64,000 nucleotides of DNA, taken from a virus (Duplodnaviria; Caudoviricetes). The notes under the pieces are model-generated. The model saw nothing but the letters and a program-made list of their open reading frames with translations, ran no database searches and was not told the DNA's origin. Positions 57,882 to 64,000 of this stretch are shown one piece after another; within the stretch, counting starts at the first letter, position 1; every line of letters starts with the position of its first letter. Position numbers and translations under genes: made by a program. The stretch spans positions 2,869-66,868 of IMG/VR virus record IMGVR_UViG_2896115756_000003. The stretch is one strand, 5' to 3'.

Positions 57882-58225
57882 GTAACAACTTGATCAAGTT
57901 CGCCAGAATGAGGAGTTATGCATATAGAATTAAGACGTAAGAATGAAGCAAGAAAGCGAGTCGACCGGAGGGGATCGGCGTGGCTGTCCTGAAATGCAAC
58001 CTAGTGCTGGCGCAGCCTGCCGAAGGCCGCTGCAAGCGCCGTCGCGAAGCGGAGCGCGCCAGCATCAGGCTCAACTCGCGTGGGCTCGGTACTGGAGGCT
58101 CGATCACTCGTCCTTGCTAGATCGCAGCCGGTCTGACTCGGGGTGGCTTGCTTGCCCCGAGCCAGAAGATAGGTAACAACTCAAAGCGCACAGAAGGTCA
58201 TGTGCGCCGGCCTCTTGGAGAAGCC

Positions 58226-58854
58226 ATGCACCGCACCACTCCGCACCTGCGGTTCGAAACCCGCTACGACCACATCCTGACCCCGCTGCGCCAGCGCGGA
58301 ATGCCTGCCGCCATCGAGATCCTGGGCGCCCTGATCTACATCCACGCGCCTCTTCCCGACGGCAGCCACCTTCAGATCACCTCCGACGGCACTCTCCCGA
58401 GCGACCCCGACGCGGTGCGCGCCTGGCAGGCATACCGCCACCACGACGACAACCCCACTGTCAGTGCCCTGATCTACGACTCCACCACCGACGGCGAACA
58501 CCGACTTGAATGCGGCCTGCGTTCTCCGCTGTTCGCGGCGATCGACGCCTTTCTAGCCGCCCGCGGACTCGTTCCCACCTGGCGCTCGGAGTTCCGGCCC
58601 GTTGCCGTCCACGTCCGCCACCAAGGTCTCACCGGCGTACTCGGCCGCCCCTGGTGTTCCCGGGCCGCGAACAGGCCGCCGCCCACTACATCCAGCTCAA
58701 CACGGCTCTCCTCAACGGAGGCTGGCAGCGCCTCCTCGCCCACTCGAGTGTCAGTTGGCCCCGCAGCTCGTGGGCTCGCGATCACGACGTCATCGCGGTG
58801 AGCGTCCTGAGCGCCGAGTTCGCACCGAGCGGTTGGCGGGTTCCCCGTGGCTGA
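58226..58854 (+). CDS. Hypothetical protein, frameshifted near 58650
   Basis: GGAG RBS; reading continues ...GRP/LVFPGREQAAAHY in the shifted frame. Confidence 0.55.
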
Positions 58855-58908
58855 CCTTGCTCGACTGACGACCGCGCCCAACTGCCCGGCCCGCCAGACG
58901 GAGGAGCC

Positions 58909-59055
58909 GTGACGCAGACCCAGCTCACCGGCGTCCTGATCGGCACGGTCCTGGTCGTCGGCGCCGTTCTCGCCAGCCTGCTGATCGAGCAGTTCCGCTG
59001 GGAGCGCCGCACCACCAAGTGCCCCTCCTGCGGGCACCGCTACCGCCATCTGTGA
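58909..59055 (+). CDS. Small TM peptide with CxxC
   Basis: GGAGGAG RBS; hydrophobic helix then CPSCGH. Confidence 0.55.
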   Translation: MTQTQLTGVLIGTVLVVGAVLASLLIEQFRWERRTTKCPSCGHRYRHL

Positions 59056-59100
59056 AGCACCGCCCGGTCGGTCCGACCGGCTGAACCTCTTGGAGAACTC

Positions 59101-59655
59101 ATGGGCTACGACCTGTACACCGCCAACCCGCCACGTCCGAACGCGATCCACCCTTTCCGCGTCGCCTTTGACGGCGGGTTGGGCTCACTGGTGGACCGAC
59201 AGCAGCGCCACGACATCGCAACCGGCTACTTCCGCATCGGCTACTTCGAAATGCCCTCCCTGATAGGCGTCATGACCGAGGTCGGGATAGTGGACACCAC
59301 TGTTCCCGCGCCGGCCTGGCCGACAGCCGACGACTACGGGCTGACCTTCCAGGACCTGAACGCACCGCAGGATCAGCTCAGCGATGCGAAGAAGACCGCC
59401 GTCGAGTCCTTCCACAGCCACATCGCCGCCGTGCGGGGTGGCGAGCAGCCGGAACCGGCAGGGATCCCCGCCTACAAGCTCGACAGCAACGATCTCTGGC
59501 TCGTCACCCCGTGCGAGATCCGCGCCGCACTGGCCGCCTACCGCCGACAAGAAGCCAGCGTCCAGGACGACTTGGCCGCGCGCATTGCCCTGTGGCGTGG
59601 GTGGATCGCCTACCTGGAGGTCGCCAAGGACTGCGGCGGGTTCCGCGTGCACTGA
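59101..59655 (+). CDS. Hypothetical phage protein
   Basis: MGYDLY...GGFRVH; GGAG RBS. Confidence 0.7.
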   Translation: MGYDLYTANPPRPNAIHPFRVAFDGGLGSLVDRQQRHDIATGYFRIGYFEMPSLIGVMTEVGIVDTTVPAPAWPTADDYGLTFQDLNAPQDQLSDAKKTAVESFHSHIAAVRGGEQPEPAGIPAYKLDSNDLWLVTPCEIRAALAAYRRQEASVQDDLAARIALWRGWIAYLEVAKDCGGFRVH

Positions 59656-59662
59656 CCCCTTT

Positions 59663-59695
59663 GCCTGCCCGGCCGCCGCTGTCGGCCGGGCAGGC
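59663..59695 (+). terminator. GC-rich hairpin
   Basis: gcctgcccggccg / cggccgggcaggc. Confidence 0.55.
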
Positions 59696-59750
59696 CCCAC
59701 CTGGCCGCTGACTAGAGCGGCACCCCGCAGCCTCTTGGAGAAAAACAGCC

Positions 59751-61258
59751 ATGGCTTTGAAGTTCATCGACTTCCTGTGCGGAGCTGGCGGCTTCAGCAC
59801 CGGACTGGTCGAGTCCGGGATGGAACTCCTGCTCGGCGTCAACCACTGGGACGTGGCACTGCGAACCCACGCGGCCAACCATCCGAGGGCGGACCACGCA
59901 CTCAGCGATGTCGCCGACCTACGGATGCGCTATCTGCCGAAGGCGGACGGCCTGGTGGCCAGTCCCATCTGTACCGAGCTCAGTCCCGCAGGTGGCAACG
60001 TCATCGAGCAGCCGGACAACCAGCTGGATCTGTTCGACGAGGACGAGAACGGCTTCAAGGAACTGCCCAAGGAGGCGTTCGAGAAGACCCGGGTCACCGC
60101 GTGGTGCACAGTGCGGGCCGTCGAAGCTCGCCCCGGAAGCTTCAAGTTCGTCGTCATCGAGAACGTCCCCGACTTCGTCACCAGGTGGCCGCTGTTCCGC
60201 GCATACGTCTCCGCGATGGCCGACCTCGGCCTCCAACAGCACCAGGTCATCAGCCTCAACTCCGCCCACATCGGCGACGACACCAACCTGTCCGCGCCCC
60301 AATGGCGCGATCGCGTCTACGTGATCTTCACCCCAAGGGCGCCCGCAAGCCCGACCTGACTCCCAGGCCATGGGCCTGGTGCTTCCACTGCGACAGGAAC
60401 GTCAGAGCCCGCCAAAGCTGGAGGGACCCGAAGACCCGGGCTGGTCGGTACGGCGTCCAGTACGACTACCGCTGCCCCAACTCCCGCTGCCGGCACGCGA
60501 TCGTCGAGCCGTACGTGCGCCCGGCGGCCGCCGCCATCAACTGGAGCGACATCGGTACGCGGATCGGGGATCGGCGCAAGCCGCTGGTCCCCACCACGAT
60601 GGCCCGCATCCGGGCCGGACTGGAGATGTACCCGCACCAGCCCAGCGCACTGACTCTCACCCACGGCAAGGCCGGCGACGCCCGAGCCTTCGACCCCAAG
60701 GTTCGGCCCCTTCCGACGCGTTCGACCAAGCAGGGCGAGGCGCTCCTTGTGCCCGCCGGTGGCTCCTGGAACACCGACGCCGCCCGCACCGATGCCCCGT
60801 TCCGCGCCCGCACCACCCGCGAGAGTGAAGCCCTGGTCGCCCTGCCCGAGCCGTACATCGTCGAGTACCGCAACCACTCGACCGCCAGTCCGGTCAGCGC
60901 GCCTATGGCGGGCGTTACTGCCCAGGGCAACCACCACGGCCTAGTGGTGCTCGGCAGTGTCCCTGACCACTATCGGGACACCCTCGTCATCCCCTACCGC
61001 AAGGGCGCCGCCAGGACCGCCGGCCACCCCTTCCATACCTTCGGCACCAAGGCATCCGCCGCCCTGGTCCACACATCGCCGGACATCGCCGACTGCCACT
61101 TCCGGATGCTCCAGCCCCGCGAGCAGCTCCTCGGCCAACGATTCCCCGCCGACTACATCGTGTTCGGCACCCCCGCGGCCCAGACCATGCAGGCCGGAAA
61201 CGCGGTGAGCGTCAACGTCGCCCGCTTCATCGGCGAGCGCCTCCAGGCCGTTCTCTGA
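59751..61258 (+). CDS. DNA (cytosine-5)-methyltransferase, frameshifted near 60330
   Basis: FLCGAGG, ASPIC, IENV and PQ.RDR in the first frame; RMLQPRE and QAGNAV in the next. Confidence 0.88.
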
Positions 61259-61319
61259 CACCGACTCAGCCGCTGACTTGCCCGCCCGGCCGCCGCGGCG
61301 GCCCCAGACAAGGACCCAC

Positions 61320-61730
61320 ATGCCCTACTCCGCGCTCCCCACCACCGACACCCTCATCCCCGGCTGCTACGGCCACCCCGGGTTCGCCCCCAAGTCCGCG
61401 CTGTACAGCGACCGATCCCAGCTCCTGAAACTGTGCCTTCCGCTACTGCCCACCTGCGGCCCCTGCCCGGTGCGCGCCCGATGCCTCAAGCAAACCCAGC
61501 CACGCGCTGGGCGGCTCGACGGTATCGCTGGAGGACGGATCTGGTTCCAGGGCGAGGTTCTCGCCACCGTCGAAGGCGCCGACGACCAGGAGCTCCCCCC
61601 GGCCCTCGGTTCCCGCCAGGCCTGCGGTACCCGCAGCGGCATTGACGAGCACTACAAGCGCGGCGAGCGGTACTGCGACGCCTGCCGCACCGTGCTGACG
61701 AGCAGCACCCAGCTCCAGCTGACCGAGTAA
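61320..61730 (+). CDS. WhiB-like Cys-rich protein
   Basis: CGPCPVRARCL...GIAGG, plus C-terminal CGT..G...H...GE..CDAC. Confidence 0.65.
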   Translation: MPYSALPTTDTLIPGCYGHPGFAPKSALYSDRSQLLKLCLPLLPTCGPCPVRARCLKQTQPRAGRLDGIAGGRIWFQGEVLATVEGADDQELPPALGSRQACGTRSGIDEHYKRGERYCDACRTVLTSSTQLQLTE

Positions 61731-61756
61731 CCCACCACGACCACGAAGGACCGACG

Positions 61757-61942
61757 ATGACTCACGACACCGCAACCCTGGCCACGCTCGCCGAACTCCG
61801 CCAGCACCAAGACGAGCTGGAACAGGCCGTCTGCGAGGACACCCAGAAGCGGGCTCCCCTCTCGACTCTGCGCCTCGTGACCAAGCTGCGCACCGCATTC
61901 GGCGGCAGCACCTCCGCTGACGCCGGCGGGAGCCCGTCATGA
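61757..61942 (+). CDS. Hypothetical protein
   Basis: AAGGA RBS; coupled to the next gene. Confidence 0.5.
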   Translation: MTHDTATLATLAELRQHQDELEQAVCEDTQKRAPLSTLRLVTKLRTAFGGSTSADAGGSPS

Positions 61943-62247
61943 CGGCACAGGTCGCGACGCTCGACCGGCAAGTCCCGCCCCATCACCGTGAAGCCGTCAG
62001 CAGGATCCTCGCCGCAGCGCCCCCAGGCATCCCGATCCACGCGCTTGTCAACAGTGCCACCATCGCCGCCTGGGCCCTCCGGCCAGACGATCTACGGTCG
62101 CTCACCCTCGGCCAGTACACCGACCTCGTCATGGCCGCCGCGTTCCCCGTCGGGCTGCGTATCGCACTGCGACACCGAGGCGACCGGCGCCACATCCGCA
62201 CCGTCGCCGACGAGATCACCCGACACATCGCCCTTCACTTCAACTGA
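61939..62247 (+). CDS. Hypothetical protein
   Basis: ATGA coupling. Confidence 0.55.
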   Translation: MTAQVATLDRQVPPHHREAVSRILAAAPPGIPIHALVNSATIAAWALRPDDLRSLTLGQYTDLVMAAAFPVGLRIALRHRGDRRHIRTVADEITRHIALHFN

Positions 62248-62295
62248 CCCCGGCACCGTGCCACGGTCCGGCTCCCACCTCAACCAAGGAGACAC

Positions 62296-62913
62296 ATGGC
62301 CACCCGCTGGTTCCTCGCCTCACCGACCGCCGACGGCTACATCGGACGCCACGTACAGCAGGACGGCTACCCCGACACCGCCGTCCCGATCCTGATGCAG
62401 CTCGTCCTCGCCGTTCACGGCGGTGACGTCCAAGCCGCGCGACACCACCTCATCACCGAGCACCCCGACGGATGGCTCAACGTCCCCGATGCCCACGGGG
62501 CAGGCCAGTGCTTTTGCCACGACATCAAGGTGTTCCGGAGCAGCAACTTCGACGGCACAGAAGACAAAGTCGCCAACCCCCAACAGCACCAGTGGCTCTA
62601 CGTCATGCACGCCACCCATCTGGCTGTCTTCGCCAGCGACGGCGAACAGTTCACCCACGCGGCCGACCACCCCTGGGGCCCTGAGAACACCGACCGCGTA
62701 ACCGGCGCGGCCAAGAACTGGCGCGTCATCTACAACCCCAGCACCACCACACCCCTGCTCCTACTCGGAGCCTTTCCGAGCGGCGAAGACGCCGAGCTCG
62801 ACGAGGAACTCGGGAGCTACACGACCGCCAACTCCCTGTCCTCCGTGACCGTCGAGTCGCGCACGCTCACCGACGCCCTACGCCAAGCCCGTGCCCTGAT
62901 CGACCACAGCTGA
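62296..62913 (+). CDS. Hypothetical phage protein
   Basis: AAGGAG RBS; DGYP motif. Confidence 0.65.
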   Translation: MATRWFLASPTADGYIGRHVQQDGYPDTAVPILMQLVLAVHGGDVQAARHHLITEHPDGWLNVPDAHGAGQCFCHDIKVFRSSNFDGTEDKVANPQQHQWLYVMHATHLAVFASDGEQFTHAADHPWGPENTDRVTGAAKNWRVIYNPSTTTPLLLLGAFPSGEDAELDEELGSYTTANSLSSVTVESRTLTDALRQARALIDHS

Positions 62914-62929
62914 CCGCTGAGGAGCCGTC

Positions 62930-64000
62930 ATGCAGATGGACCTGTTCAACCAAACCCCCGAGCAGCGGCCCAAGCTGAACATTCGCAAGCGGGCTCAACC
63001 GGCGAAGCCAGCGACCGGAATAGCGTCGGCCAAGAACGAAGCCCACGCGCAAGCCGAGCGCCCGCACCGGGTCGCCGGGGACGCGGCAACGCCCAGCAAG
63101 CGGGTGGGCCAGCGCCGCATCAACCCACCAAGCCGCCCTCACGAAGCCGCTTTCGACCTTGCCGAGGCTGTCGCCAGCGCCTGGTACAAGGCCGGCGGGG
63201 ACAACCGCTTCGAGGTCCCCCTCGGCGCCATCGCGGGCGTCGCGCTCTGGCCGCTCAAGGGTCACGACATCGCCCCCATCGTCGCCGACTGGTGGCGAAC
63301 CCTCACCGAGACCGAAACCAACACCGCCCTTGAGGAATGCTTCGCCCGCTGGTGGATTGCGCGCCCCGACCTGATCGAGGCAGCTCGCCCCATCCACGAA
63401 TGGCTCACCTACGAAGCCACCGCAACCAAGTACGCCACCCCGGTCCGGGCGGCCATCACCGCGGCACTCGACGCCGGCCTGCTCGACCTCCTCGGCGACC
63501 ACGACCCGTACTACCGATCAACCACTGACGTGGTCGGCAGCCTCATGACCTGCTTCCGCTCGACCGGACACCGGTACGCTCTCGCGGAGTTTCACACCCC
63601 GCCGGAGGTCGCCGAACTGATGGCCAGGATCCTGCTCGGCGGCGAACGCCATCCCGGCGAGTCCTTTGACGACCCGTGCGCGGGCAGCGGCGGCATGCAC
63701 CGCGCTACGGCCCAGATCCTTCGCGAACAGGGCCACGACCCGGCCGACTACCAGTGGTCCATGACCGACGTGGACCCGATCGCCACCGCCTGCGCTGCCG
63801 TCAACGCGATCCTCTGGGAACTGGGCCCCCACGTCCTGGTGTGGTGCGGCGACACCCTGGCGGAAGGCGATGGACCGCAGCGGGCAGCGAGGCGGCGCGC
63901 CAGGGTCATAGAACATCGCGACCAGCAAATCAGTGTGGCGAAGCTGCTGAAGGCGACGCGCGAGCTGACCGCAGGCGCCCTCGCCTCCGTAGCCGCCTGA
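62930..64000 (+). CDS. N-6 DNA methylase family protein
   Basis: EFHTPPEVAELMA, DDPCAGSGGM, DVDP and GDTL motifs; no NPPF/Y motif visible. Confidence 0.75.
   Translation: MQMDLFNQTPEQRPKLNIRKRAQPAKPATGIASAKNEAHAQAERPHRVAGDAATPSKRVGQRRINPPSRPHEAAFDLAEAVASAWYKAGGDNRFEVPLGAIAGVALWPLKGHDIAPIVADWWRTLTETETNTALEECFARWWIARPDLIEAARPIHEWLTYEATATKYATPVRAAITAALDAGLLDLLGDHDPYYRSTTDVVGSLMTCFRSTGHRYALAEFHTPPEVAELMARILLGGERHPGESFDDPCAGSGGMHRATAQILREQGHDPADYQWSMTDVDPIATACAAVNAILWELGPHVLVWCGDTLAEGDGPQRAARRRARVIEHRDQQISVAKLLKATRELTAGALASVAA

Larger units (their letters stand above)
1..64000. mobile_element. Prophage or phage-plasmid (siphovirus-type) spanning the whole window; ends not visible
   Basis: Ordered terminase-portal-scaffold-capsid-tail-tape measure-lysis genes plus recombination/replication genes and a recombinase fragment; no host housekeeping genes seen. 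Confidence 0.92.

Noticed and set aside
1-64000. tRNA/rRNA genes, IS transposases, att sites
   Set aside because: None recognisable by eye; the element boundaries appear to lie outside the window

Overview
High-GC actinobacterial (Streptomyces/Kitasatospora-like) siphovirus prophage or phage-plasmid. Left to right, the window holds: the 3' end of a probable serine recombinase, a cis-prenyltransferase/XRE cargo block, and ParB and methyltransferase genes. These are followed by terminase, portal, scaffold, decoration and capsid genes; head-tail, tail, tape-measure and fibre genes; a lower-GC pair of TIR-like genes; the lysis cassette; and early recombination, replication and methylase genes. 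The most striking feature is a ~15 kb cargo block (20.6-36.0 kb) sitting inside the head module. It contains a largely translationally coupled cluster: queC-queD-queE, a ~120-nt highly structured pseudoknot-capable RNA element, a short thumb-less reverse transcriptase with FADN instead of YADD, an FGE/CLec-fold protein, a DUF6884-like protein, GT2, radical SAM, phosphoribosyltransferase, GT4, 5'-3' exonuclease, PIG-L deacetylase and folE. No tgt/dpdA gene is visible in the window. I interpret this as a candidate RT/ncRNA-coupled 7-deazaguanine nucleotide/nucleoside system. Several recurrent cis-motifs, iteron-like repeats and four single-base frameshifts are also visible. All functional calls come from motif recognition by eye; no database searches were run.
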